The position numbers were made by a program, and so were the translations under genes. From a virus, in the IMG/VR virus record IMGVR_UViG_3300042453_005121, positions 32,001 to 96,000 of that record: a DNA stretch of 64,000 nucleotides. One strand, written 5' to 3'. The notes beneath the pieces were generated by a model. The model was not told the DNA's origin and ran no database searches. It worked only from the letters and a program-made list of their open reading frames with translations. Of this stretch, positions 55,325-64,000 are shown one piece after another; position 1 is the first letter of the stretch; each line of letters opens with the position of its first letter.

Positions 55325-56296
55325 TCAAAACAACTCTTCGGCGGCGAAACTTTTTGAACGCTTTGAATACTCCACAGGTCTTGAATGAAAAAAATCTGAT
55401 TGATTATTTCCCAAAACCTGCTCGTCAAACCACGTTGTTTTTGAGATTAATTCTTTGTTTACGTCAAATATTTTCTTGAATCCTATTTCTTTGAGAGACT
55501 CGTTCATTCTGTTTTTGACAAATTCCTTGAGAATTTCAGAATTAAGTTTCTCCTCGCCGTACCCATTGACAATCCACTCTATGATTTGGAGTTCATATTT
55601 GACTGCCTCGTTGGCCTCGTGAATGATCTTCTCCTTGAGTTCTTCATCAAAGAGTTCGGGGTGCTCCTTCTTGATCACGTTGATTATTTTCATCCCGATC
55701 ATCGCGTGGAGATTTTCTTCTCGGCTCGTGTATTCAACTTGCTTGTTCGTGTCTTTGAGAACATTCTTGTACCTTCCGAACCAGCTTATTGTATAGAACT
55801 GGGAGAAGAGGGCGATGTTTTCCACGAAAAGCGTGAAGAGTATCAGCGAGTAAATGAACTGTTTCTTGTTGTCCGCATGGAACTTGTGAAGATGCTTCCT
55901 GAGGTAGTTGACCCTACCCTTTATGATATCCAATTCTAGTATTTCGTCAAACGCATCATCTATGCCGAGCACTTCAAGAAGACGTTCGTAGGCGTCGCCG
56001 TGGATGACCTCCGTGTTCGCCATGACGTATCCCATGTCGTTGATGCTCGGGTGGGGGAGGTTGTCGCCGAGTTTGGCCCAAAACTTCTTTACGCTGATCT
56101 CTAGTTGTCCGATCGTAGCGAGAGCACGGGTCATTATCTGCTGCTCCTGCTCTGTGAGAGACACCCTGAAGTCTTGAATGTCGCTTGAGAAACTGAATTC
56201 CTTGTCGGTCCAGAAACCATTGTGCATGGCCTCTATGAAATCTTGGGTCCACGGATATCGGTCAGGCTTCCTGCTAATCTGTTCTTCAAAAATCAT
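55325..56296 (-). CDS. nrdB: Ribonucleotide reductase class I beta subunit
   Basis: FWT..E, EVIHGDAY, EENLH, DFF..RPVEY. Confidence 0.93.
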   Translation of the reverse strand: MIFEEQISRKPDRYPWTQDFIEAMHNGFWTDKEFSFSSDIQDFRVSLTEQEQQIMTRALATIGQLEISVKKFWAKLGDNLPHPSINDMGYVMANTEVIHGDAYERLLEVLGIDDAFDEILELDIIKGRVNYLRKHLHKFHADNKKQFIYSLILFTLFVENIALFSQFYTISWFGRYKNVLKDTNKQVEYTSREENLHAMIGMKIINVIKKEHPELFDEELKEKIIHEANEAVKYELQIIEWIVNGYGEEKLNSEILKEFVKNRMNESLKEIGFKKIFDVNKELISKTTWFDEQVLGNNQSDFFHSRPVEYSKRSKSFAAEELF

Positions 56297-56367
56297 TTTT
56301 TGTTTTCCTTATTGTAATAAACGACGAGGTATCTAAGATTGTTAATCAAAATTTTGCATCCGATTGA

Positions 56368-57222
56368 TTAATAATAATTTTTTCTGCTACTTATGGCCGT
56401 GGAAACAAGTTCCCAAGCTCTTCTGCACGCATTTTCAAATGTGAATTTTTCAGAACAAAATTTCAAAAGTCTAGCGGCCATGTCGTTCAGCAATTCTTGA
56501 TTGTTGTCCGCCCACTCGTATTTTTCAAATATATCGCCCATGTCGTGTCTCACCGGCACATGTAGATTTTGCTCCAAAATGAGCGTGTCGCTCCAGGCCA
56601 GAATTGGTCGTTCTGCTATAAACAGTGGCCTGTTGCAGAAAGGCAGCATTTTCAATCTCCCACTACATCCTGTTCCAGAAAGGTCAATAAGATATTTGTA
56701 GCCGCAGAAGTCTTTCATGGGAGTGAATTTAGTGGGGGTTCTGCCGTGGTTCGTCCACCACATTGAATCTCCAGCGAATTTGTCGGGATGAGTCTTGCAG
56801 AGTTCCACGTATTTGATTCTCTGGGGGACTCCTTGCAGGTTGCCCTTCCAGAACATTCTTTGATCCTTGATGTTCTTCGGATCATTGTTTTCAACTATTT
56901 CGCGAATGAAACTATCAAAATTCACGAGGCCTATGTGCCACCAGTTTCCGAATATGTAATCAGGAAACAACTTTTGGTCTCTACCGAAAGAAGAAGTGTC
57001 AAACTCAATGAAATTAGACGCGTTCTCTTTTGGACTATCCTTAGTGGGTCCGTCGGCCGTATTTATTCTTATGGTATAAGTCTGGTTCAATTCGCCCGAC
57101 TCTTGGAGCATCTCAAAAACCCTGGTCATTATTTTGAGAAGACCTGCGTTTCTGCACTCCCACATAGACTTGGTCATGAAGGAAAGGCTGTCGGGCGATA
57201 TTGAAAATTCAACGTAGTTCAT
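56368..57222 (-). CDS. Glycosyltransferase family 90 / CAP10-like protein
   Basis: FPDY.F..W, FWKG, YKYLIDLSGTGCSGRLKML, HVPV..D..D. Confidence 0.75.
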   Translation of the reverse strand: MNYVEFSISPDSLSFMTKSMWECRNAGLLKIMTRVFEMLQESGELNQTYTIRINTADGPTKDSPKENASNFIEFDTSSFGRDQKLFPDYIFGNWWHIGLVNFDSFIREIVENNDPKNIKDQRMFWKGNLQGVPQRIKYVELCKTHPDKFAGDSMWWTNHGRTPTKFTPMKDFCGYKYLIDLSGTGCSGRLKMLPFCNRPLFIAERPILAWSDTLILEQNLHVPVRHDMGDIFEKYEWADNNQELLNDMAARLLKFCSEKFTFENACRRAWELVSTAISSRKNYY

Positions 57223-59228
57223 TTCTTGTCCTTCATGGTTGTGAATCCTTTTCTCTTTTCAAGACTTATCAATTCACACCCATCCAGCATTTCAAGTAGA
57301 TTTTGATCGTGCGTTGTTATGAACACTTGTCTATCTTTAGCAAGCTCCGAGATCATATTGTATACCCCAACCACCCCAATTTGGTCAATGTTGGTTGTGA
57401 CCTCGTCCAAGAAAACTAGACTTGGACACATGCCTGAATTCAACATCATGACGTGAGCGAACGCTTGGGACACGGCCAAGTTCAATCTTCTTCTTTCTCC
57501 GCCGCTCATCGCATAATAAACGAATGGGTCGCCATCACTAGGGCTTCGTTGTATCTTCTCCTCCAGCTCATTGTCGAATTCCAATTTTATTTTACCATCT
57601 ATCAAAAACTGAAGCCAGTAGGAGACCCTAGAATTTAATGCCGGTATGATTCCTTCTATCACGAACTTTCTTATTCCTGTGTCGCCGAAAGCGGTTGTCC
57701 AGAACTCGTAATAGGGAAGTTCCTTTTCAAGCGAATCCAGCTCTAGTCCTTTGTTCTCAAATTCCTCCAACTTGGATTTGATCTCCGAAGAAAGGGAATC
57801 AATCATTGGCCTGAAAGGGGTCTGACCCTCCAATTCTGATTTCTTTGACTCGGCCTGCTCCTTCAATCCATCAATCTGCTGTTCAAGGAGTTTGTTCTTA
57901 ACATCATCAGATTGGGGCTTTTCAATCTTGTTGAGTTCCGAGAGTTCTTTTCTTTTTTCCGAAAGTTCTCTTGAAGTCTTGAGCATATTGTTCTTGGCAG
58001 AATCCAGGCCGACCGATATCTTGGACAGAGTCTCGTTCAAATCCTTAAGCCGGCTCTCTGATTTTATTTTTTCGGCTCGCTCCGAATCGCACTTCTCCTT
58101 CGTCTCCTTCGTCTTGGCGAGCAGTTGTTTTGTGTATTTTCCGTAATTATCTTTTGAGACAGTGCCAAAGCATAGTTTGCATGTGGCGCCTTCGTTCTTT
58201 TCAAGTCTGGAGATTTCTTTTTCATCGTCAGAAATCTGGACTTCCAGGCCCTTTATCAAAGACTCAGACTTAGATATCAATATTTGAAGTTCATTCTGCT
58301 TTTGTTTGTTTGAAGAAAACTTCTCTTGAGCCAGATCAAGAATCTCCTGTATCTTTATCTGTTTGCCTTCTGATTCTGGTATTTCGTTATTGAGTTCGGC
58401 TATTCTTTCTTGGGCTGATCTATATCTTGAGGACTCCGCTCCGTCCGAGGTAGATTCAAGTTGTGATTTTATTTCTTTAATTCTAGCGATTAGGTCCTTG
58501 AGTTCTCCCTTTCTCTGTTCTGTCCATTTTTCCTCTTGTTCAATCGCCATCTTGAGTCTTGAACGCGAAACTTCCAACTCTTGTCTGGCGGTTTCGTGGG
58601 ATTGTTGGGCGAGTTTTATGGCATCCTTTTTGTCTTTCCTGAGGTTTTTTGCCCTTTCGGCGAAGTTCTTGTATTTGTCCAAGGAAAGAAGATTTTCAAC
58701 TATCTCTCGCTTGCTCGCCGCATCGCATTCAAGAAAGCTGCCAGTGTTGTTATCGGTGAATACGACAACGTTCACGAAAGTTTCGTAGTTGAGGCCGAGT
58801 TTATCTTCGAGTAACTTTTGAGTCGCCGGCTGTCCTCCGAGGCTTATTTCAGTGCTGTCGTCCCACGTCCCTTCTGCGCTCTCCCATAATCTCAGGGAAT
58901 CGGGCTTTCTGGTTCTTACCGCCCTGAAGTTCCCCCACCTTACCTCCGTCTTGAGACCCTTTCCGATTTGATTATTTATAACGTCCTTGTGATTGACTTT
59001 TTTGGGGTGTTTTATAGTCTTGCCGAAAAGGGTGTAGACTATGATTTCTGGGATGCTGCTTTTTCCAACTCCGTTGCTTGCGACCCTTGAGTCGCTGTCC
59101 ACGACGTCAAAATTGCTTCCCCTGACGAGGACTATGTTCCCGTAATTGGAGAAATCCAACTCAAAGCCTTCGGGGCCGAAGCAAAGAAAATTCTGGGCTT
59201 GGACGTACTTGATGTCAAGACTTTTCAC
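57219..59228 (-). CDS. Recombination ATPase (T4 gp46 / Rad50 / SbcC-like)
   Basis: NGVGKSS, CKLC hook, MSGGE, LDE, ITTH. Confidence 0.93.
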   Translation of the reverse strand: MKSLDIKYVQAQNFLCFGPEGFELDFSNYGNIVLVRGSNFDVVDSDSRVASNGVGKSSIPEIIVYTLFGKTIKHPKKVNHKDVINNQIGKGLKTEVRWGNFRAVRTRKPDSLRLWESAEGTWDDSTEISLGGQPATQKLLEDKLGLNYETFVNVVVFTDNNTGSFLECDAASKREIVENLLSLDKYKNFAERAKNLRKDKKDAIKLAQQSHETARQELEVSRSRLKMAIEQEEKWTEQRKGELKDLIARIKEIKSQLESTSDGAESSRYRSAQERIAELNNEIPESEGKQIKIQEILDLAQEKFSSNKQKQNELQILISKSESLIKGLEVQISDDEKEISRLEKNEGATCKLCFGTVSKDNYGKYTKQLLAKTKETKEKCDSERAEKIKSESRLKDLNETLSKISVGLDSAKNNMLKTSRELSEKRKELSELNKIEKPQSDDVKNKLLEQQIDGLKEQAESKKSELEGQTPFRPMIDSLSSEIKSKLEEFENKGLELDSLEKELPYYEFWTTAFGDTGIRKFVIEGIIPALNSRVSYWLQFLIDGKIKLEFDNELEEKIQRSPSDGDPFVYYAMSGGERRRLNLAVSQAFAHVMMLNSGMCPSLVFLDEVTTNIDQIGVVGVYNMISELAKDRQVFITTHDQNLLEMLDGCELISLEKRKGFTTMKDKK

Positions 59229-60310
59229 GATTCAACTCTCTGGCATATTTCTGAGCCTATCTTGATGAGGAATTTTTTGTCTAAACCCTCTACGTTAGCC
59301 TGCTCCACATAACGCTCCAGCATCTCTTCCTCCTTGTAGAGTATGGCTTTTGCGTCCTTGATCATATGATCTTCTTTTTTTTGCGATTGCTTGATTTCAA
59401 GCGTGGCGACCTTGGAACCTTCGGTGAGCCGTTGGCGGATGTCGGACATCTGCTTGTCTGCTAGGTCACTGACTTCAAGCCGAACGAACTGTCCTTCAAG
59501 TTCATGGTCGGAAATTTCATCCTCGTTCAAGATATAGTGCTTCGGACTAAAGGTGTTTTTGACGTATTCTTTTTCGTCAGATTCCGTGTCATATATGATT
59601 AGATGCTTGTCTTGGAAGGCCTCTCCGAAGCTCAATTGCAGTGGCGATCCGACGTATTCCACCTTCTCGTTCAATTTCTGGGCTGCGTGATAGTGACCCA
59701 GAAAAACTCTATCCCAAGAATCAAATATCTCGGGGCCGACCCTGACCATGTCTCCATCGTGCTCTATCGCCACATCACTGGTGGTGTTGTATCGCACGTT
59801 CCATATCGCGCCGTCAACGGACACATGGCCTCCGAGTATCTTTTGATTCTTTGGATTTTTGCTATTCCACTCTTGATCTATCTTTTTCAAATCCTCAATT
59901 GGATTATGTGTGTAAGGAAGCATTGCAAAAAAGAATTTTTCTTCCTTGTCAGATAGAACTTCTACGGAAGGCGAGTTCACAATTCTGACCCCCGGAAGAT
60001 TTCTGAGCGGGTTGACGCTTGAGACATCCAATTTTTGGTAGTGCCACAGGTCGTGGTTTCCAAGCAAAAGAGTCAGATTTAATTCGTTTCCGCAGAGGTG
60101 TTCTTCAAATATTTCAAAAGTCTTTTGGTAGGTCAACACGTCTATTTTTTGGCGATCATGAAAGAGATCCCCCAAAAAGACTATATTTTTGATCTTTTTT
60201 TCCAATGCGGTCCTGAACGTCCAGTCAAGGGTTTGGATACAATGATCAAGCCGTTCGGCCGATTTCTTGTGAGGGTGGATGTGAATGTCGCTGAAAATGA
60301 TTATTTTCAT
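59225..60310 (-). CDS. Recombination nuclease (T4 gp47 / Mre11 / SbcD-like)
   Basis: SDIH, GDLFH, GNHD, GHYH, YVGSP. Confidence 0.92.
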   Translation of the reverse strand: MKIIIFSDIHIHPHKKSAERLDHCIQTLDWTFRTALEKKIKNIVFLGDLFHDRQKIDVLTYQKTFEIFEEHLCGNELNLTLLLGNHDLWHYQKLDVSSVNPLRNLPGVRIVNSPSVEVLSDKEEKFFFAMLPYTHNPIEDLKKIDQEWNSKNPKNQKILGGHVSVDGAIWNVRYNTTSDVAIEHDGDMVRVGPEIFDSWDRVFLGHYHAAQKLNEKVEYVGSPLQLSFGEAFQDKHLIIYDTESDEKEYVKNTFSPKHYILNEDEISDHELEGQFVRLEVSDLADKQMSDIRQRLTEGSKVATLEIKQSQKKEDHMIKDAKAILYKEEEMLERYVEQANVEGLDKKFLIKIGSEICQRVES

Positions 60311-60391
60311 GGATTTTAGCATGATCTTACCAAGACACGCCCAAGCAGTCCATAGATGTTCGTATCAATATTTTAGAATTGAACAATAAAT

Positions 60392-61150
60392 ATGAATATC
60401 ATGAAACTAGTCATAAATTCAAATGTGAATTACGAAAAACCACTTCGCAAATTGTTTTTGTCCTTGCGTGGAGCGGGATTCAGGGATTACAAGAACATAA
60501 TCGTTGTGAGGGGCCAATCAGAGTCTGACGAGGAGCCCAAAAAGGTCAAAATTTCCAAGGTTGTGAAATTGGGCATTCGTGATGAACTGACGTTAATCAA
60601 CATGCGTTTGAATAACTTTGACTACACTGGGTATCATGCCCTGAATGTTTATAAAGAACACCCCCTCGTGAGTTCAGACTGGTATATGTACATTTTGGAC
60701 ACCGTTACGGTGAACAGCCTATTCGTGTCGTTCATCAATTCGGCATGCCCTGATCCGGATGAGTTGATGATCACCATGCGTCCTCATTCAAACATATGTG
60801 CATTTGGCAGTGAGGTGATAAAGAACTACGGAAACAATTTCGGCACGCCGTTGACAAAGGACGAGGCAATAAGACTTGAGTTTGATTCGCCGATAGAAAA
60901 AAACGTAGCGAGCATATCAAGGTTCGGAAGAATAACTCAGATGAATACGAGATATTTGGTAGGAGAGGCCGACATATATGGAACGGGACATCCAAGAAAA
61001 AATCTTTATTACCCAGACTTCGGATTGAGCAAATGGATATTCTGGGGGAGGACTGGTGATATCTTGGGAGACGTCCAAGAGAACAAAGTGTGGACGAGCG
61101 ACGAGATCGCCAGATTCAAAAAAGAAAACAAGCCCGAATCATTTTTTTAA
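60392..61150 (+). CDS. Hypothetical protein, possibly glycosyltransferase-related
   Basis: NNFDYTG, WYMYILDT; AT-rich region near other GT genes. Confidence 0.55.
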   Translation: MNIMKLVINSNVNYEKPLRKLFLSLRGAGFRDYKNIIVVRGQSESDEEPKKVKISKVVKLGIRDELTLINMRLNNFDYTGYHALNVYKEHPLVSSDWYMYILDTVTVNSLFVSFINSACPDPDELMITMRPHSNICAFGSEVIKNYGNNFGTPLTKDEAIRLEFDSPIEKNVASISRFGRITQMNTRYLVGEADIYGTGHPRKNLYYPDFGLSKWIFWGRTGDILGDVQENKVWTSDEIARFKKENKPESFF

Positions 61151-61453
61151 CGATTTGCTCAAAGCGGTCCAGACGTCAGAACTTTTTATCTTTTGAACCG
61201 TCGTTCCGCCTGGTTGCGGCGAACTGGGATCGCCTGGGGCCGATGGCGCTCCTATGGAAGGTCCTCCCATGGGCGGTCCTCCCAAGCCCATAGGCGGACC
61301 ACCGCCCCCTAAGCCTGGCGGAGGGCCGCTGCCAAATCCGGGGATGCTCGGCCCTCCCGGAGGTGGGCCTGGTGGGGGTGGTGGCTTTCCTCCACTTGGT
61401 GGAGGAGCCGGTGGAGTCGCTTCTAATATAAGGAATTGGTGAAAAGTAAGCAC
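61139..61453 (-). CDS. Tagged Pro/Gly-rich protein
   Basis: MLTFHQFLILEA then PPPPPGPPPGG; GTG with TATATA 4 nt upstream. Confidence 0.65.
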   Translation of the reverse strand: MLTFHQFLILEATPPAPPPSGGKPPPPPGPPPGGPSIPGFGSGPPPGLGGGGPPMGLGGPPMGGPSIGAPSAPGDPSSPQPGGTTVQKIKSSDVWTALSKSLKK

Positions 61454-61506
61454 GAATTATATAGCCCAGATAATAGATATATTTGTATGCAACAAGGAGT
61501 GTTTAA

Positions 61507-61677
61507 ATGGACGCAAAGGATTTGATGACCTTTATTGTTACCCTTTTCGTTCCGCCTCTCGGGGTGGCTCTGAAATCGGGATTCGGAACTCATTTTTGGG
61601 TGAATCTGGCTCTTACGGTGTTCGGTTTTTACATTGCGGGGATGGTTCACGGCGTTTACGTCGTGCTCAAGGACTAA
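61507..61677 (+). CDS. YqaE/Pmp3-family membrane proteolipid (56 aa, not in ORF track)
   Basis: LFVPPLGVAL..G....FWVNLALT..G...G..HG.YVV; AAGGAG SD. Confidence 0.85.
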   Translation: MDAKDLMTFIVTLFVPPLGVALKSGFGTHFWVNLALTVFGFYIAGMVHGVYVVLKD

Positions 61678-62264
61678 AAATTAATTTGCGGAATCCTTGA
61701 TATCACCAAATTCCAGTTCGTCGAAACCCATTTCTTGAATGTTTCTTCGGCCTTTTTGGGGCCGACCTCATCGGTTTTGCCTTTGGTCTGAAACTCTATC
61801 TCGTGGGTTGTTTCGTGTATTATGGTGCTAGCTATTTCCAGAACGGCTTCTTTTGTGTCGCCAAACTCCCTGACTATCTTTTGTACGTTCACGTGAATCA
61901 CGTCACTAGGGGCGAGCTGTCTTTCATCTATATCTGGAATGTATTGTTTTATAACTGAATTTGGTATTCTTTGTAAGTTTTGCTGTTGTGCAGCGGAATG
62001 GCCGAATTTGAACCTTATTTTATTAGAAGCGGCAGGACCTATGATTTTTTTGTTTTCTGAAGAGTTGTATAGCCCATAAACTCCGGAATATAGGGGTGCA
62101 ATGGTACTTATGTTGTTCAAAAGCTTCTGTCCTGTTGATTTGGAGTACAACTGGACCAGTTTTATTGCATACTTTGCCTTGTCGTACAACTGGTCTATTC
62201 TGCTTTCCACATTTTCTGTTCCGAGGGTGGAATTCTCCCCGAGCCATGATTTGAAATGTCCCAT
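61674..62264 (-). CDS. Tagged HExxH metallopeptidase-like protein
   Basis: MGHFKSWLGEN; IIHETTHE...DE..P. Confidence 0.65.
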   Translation of the reverse strand: MGHFKSWLGENSTLGTENVESRIDQLYDKAKYAIKLVQLYSKSTGQKLLNNISTIAPLYSGVYGLYNSSENKKIIGPAASNKIRFKFGHSAAQQQNLQRIPNSVIKQYIPDIDERQLAPSDVIHVNVQKIVREFGDTKEAVLEIASTIIHETTHEIEFQTKGKTDEVGPKKAEETFKKWVSTNWNLVISRIPQINF

Positions 62265-62292
62265 TTGAATTATATATAATCGGGAGAAAAAA

Positions 62293-62499
62293 ATGGACAT
62301 TTCGTATTTTTCAATGTGGCTTTTTCCTTTGTTGTTTATTTTTTCTTTGGTTGCTATTTTTTTGCACAACAAACGAAAATCCGAGACTTTGCAGTCTCAA
62401 TTCGTAGTCACAGGTTGCCTTCTAATGATTTTTTATACCGTGTGTTTTCTTTCTGGAATATGCACGATTCTTAATTTCTTATGGCGATGGGTATTATGA
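62293..62499 (+). CDS. Small two-TM membrane protein
   Basis: Two hydrophobic helices; GGGAG SD. Confidence 0.6.
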   Translation: MDISYFSMWLFPLLFIFSLVAIFLHNKRKSETLQSQFVVTGCLLMIFYTVCFLSGICTILNFLWRWVL

Positions 62500-63209
62500 A
62501 AAATTTGAATCTTCTCATACGCGGGCATATAAGAAATTCTTTTGATGATGACAAATTCATCAATCTTATACGTGCGTTCTCAGAAAGCTACAAACTAGAT
62601 ATATTCATACACACTTGGAACATAGTCCAGAACAACATAAGTTGGCGTCACGTTCCCGAAATAAAAAATGACGTCAGTGAGGAACATATTCGTTTGTACT
62701 TTAAGGAGTTTGAAAAAAACATAAAGTCAATCCAGATAGATGACGACAGCAAGATAGAACATCGCGGAAATACTTCGGGAAACATAGGTTTTACTCCGTG
62801 TCCCGTTCTTGCGTGGAAAAATATGTATTATGGTAAAATGCGTCTAGTGGATAGAGTGGCAGAAAAAGTTAATGGAAACGAAGTGGCAGTACAGACTAGA
62901 TTTGATCTCCTTTCAAATAGTTTCAGTCCAGAAGTGCATGATGTAATAAGATTTTTGAAGGAAAATTATGATTCAATAGCTGAAGGCGACAACCAAGAAA
63001 AATTAAGGTTCATATGGATGCATCCATTCATAGGTATTGACAACATATACATGGCTTCAATAAGAAACATGCAGAAATTCGTAAGATACATGTATTTTGA
63101 CATGGACAGAATACTAGAATTTCACAAAGAAACACGTCATCAAGAACACATAAGCTTTCACGAAAGGTTTTCGCCGTTCATAAATACACATCATAGTCTA
63201 GGCGAATGA
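62496..63209 (+). CDS. Glycosyltransferase-like protein
   Basis: LLIRGHIRN, DIFIHTW, TRFDL pattern seen in phage/viral glycan-related proteins. Confidence 0.55.
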   Translation: MKNLNLLIRGHIRNSFDDDKFINLIRAFSESYKLDIFIHTWNIVQNNISWRHVPEIKNDVSEEHIRLYFKEFEKNIKSIQIDDDSKIEHRGNTSGNIGFTPCPVLAWKNMYYGKMRLVDRVAEKVNGNEVAVQTRFDLLSNSFSPEVHDVIRFLKENYDSIAEGDNQEKLRFIWMHPFIGIDNIYMASIRNMQKFVRYMYFDMDRILEFHKETRHQEHISFHERFSPFINTHHSLGE

Positions 63210-63978
63210 TCCTGTGGGTGGCTTTTGAACCGCCACCGAGGAATGGACCGGAATATTCGTTATCGTTCTTTTTGTAAAGTACGCATGTTGGTTTGCCAAC
63301 ATCATCATAAAAAGTTATTGAATCTCCAGAGGCAGACCAGAACGTCTCGTTGTGATGATGGTACATTCCGATCTTGCCGTCCTCTCTCAATTTTATGGTT
63401 CCATAGTGCCTATTGCCGTCGGAACCACCCCAGAAACTGTAACAGTTGTGGGGTCTTTTGGATTCGGATTTGTCCATATTGAAGATGTAATACCATAGTC
63501 TTTCGCAATAGTGTCCGCACTCAGGATTGATTGTGGCAAGTTCTTTTTGTATGAGATTTATGTATCTTGAAATATTTGATTCAAGAATAAGTTTCACAGA
63601 TACTCCGAAGCAGCCGTTCCAGAATATGGGCAAAGATGTTGACATTCCGGCCCTCACGTGTTTTTCGCACCATTCTTTGACGTTGCAATTTGCCGAACTT
63701 GTTTCTCCCGCCCAACTGGGACATCTTCCCGCATTCAAGAAGTCGTAGGGATTTGACATCCTGTAGTTGTACGTGTAGTCAAGATTTTCTTCGGCCACAG
63801 CATCAATCCACCTCATTATGTTTTCTGCGTCCATTCCGTGTGGACTTCCTTGTACAAAAAAAATGAAATCCGAAGATTCTTTGGACTTCAACTCGTCCCA
63901 ACGATTGACGCAGTGCCAGATGTACGTGTGAGATTCCCTTCCGACGTTCGTCAGATAAGAATGACACGTTTTTTCCAT
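63178..63978 (-). CDS. DUF3431-like protein (probably extends beyond the window end)
   Basis: NVGRESHTYIWH, FVQGSP, FGVS, ERLWYYIF. Confidence 0.7.
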   Translation of the reverse strand: MEKTCHSYLTNVGRESHTYIWHCVNRWDELKSKESSDFIFFVQGSPHGMDAENIMRWIDAVAEENLDYTYNYRMSNPYDFLNAGRCPSWAGETSSANCNVKEWCEKHVRAGMSTSLPIFWNGCFGVSVKLILESNISRYINLIQKELATINPECGHYCERLWYYIFNMDKSESKRPHNCYSFWGGSDGNRHYGTIKLREDGKIGMYHHHNETFWSASGDSITFYDDVGKPTCVLYKKNDNEYSGPFLGGGSKATHRIIRLDYDVYL

Positions 63979-64000
63979 TGAAGAGAGATCGGGCTCTTGT

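Noticed and set aside
53633-56296. Intron or intein in nrdA/nrdB
   Set aside because: Both ORFs are continuous and compact with motifs at normal spacing.

Overview
This is a 64 kb segment of a large T4-related (myovirus-type, probably jumbo) phage genome read with the standard genetic code. Genes are densely packed and switch strand often. Recognisable modules: neck gp13/gp14, tail terminator gp15, sheath gp18, two tandem tube gp19 paralogues, a baseplate-hub/tail-chaperone pair, the late sigma factor gp55, gp46/gp47, a Holliday junction resolvase, NrdA/NrdB and dUTPase. Accessory genes include Dam-like and Dcm methyltransferases, two homing-endonuclease-like genes, several glycosylation genes, and a proteostasis cluster (subtilisin, McsA, COOH-NH2 ligase, Hsp20, J-domain). 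Three patterns stand out. (1) A TA(A/T/G)ATA hexamer sits exactly 5 nt before the start codon of at least 11 genes that have no room for a Shine-Dalgarno, including one palindromic TATATA serving two divergent genes symmetrically; this suggests gp55-driven leaderless late mRNAs. (2) About 19 unrelated proteins share an N-terminal M-x-x-F-x-E-W-L-x(1-4)-E tag resembling the T4 capsid-targeting sequence. Tagged proteins include a SNF2 ATPase, ADP-ribosyltransferase-like, GNAT, transglutaminase-like, J-domain, HExxH and giant sigma-like proteins, suggesting a head-packaged, injected effector set. (3) The C5 methyltransferase is encoded in two overlapping frames over about 1 kb. A candidate -1 frameshift links the hub/chaperone genes. 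No tRNA, rRNA or CRISPR array was recognised. All family assignments come from motif recognition by eye; no database searches were run.
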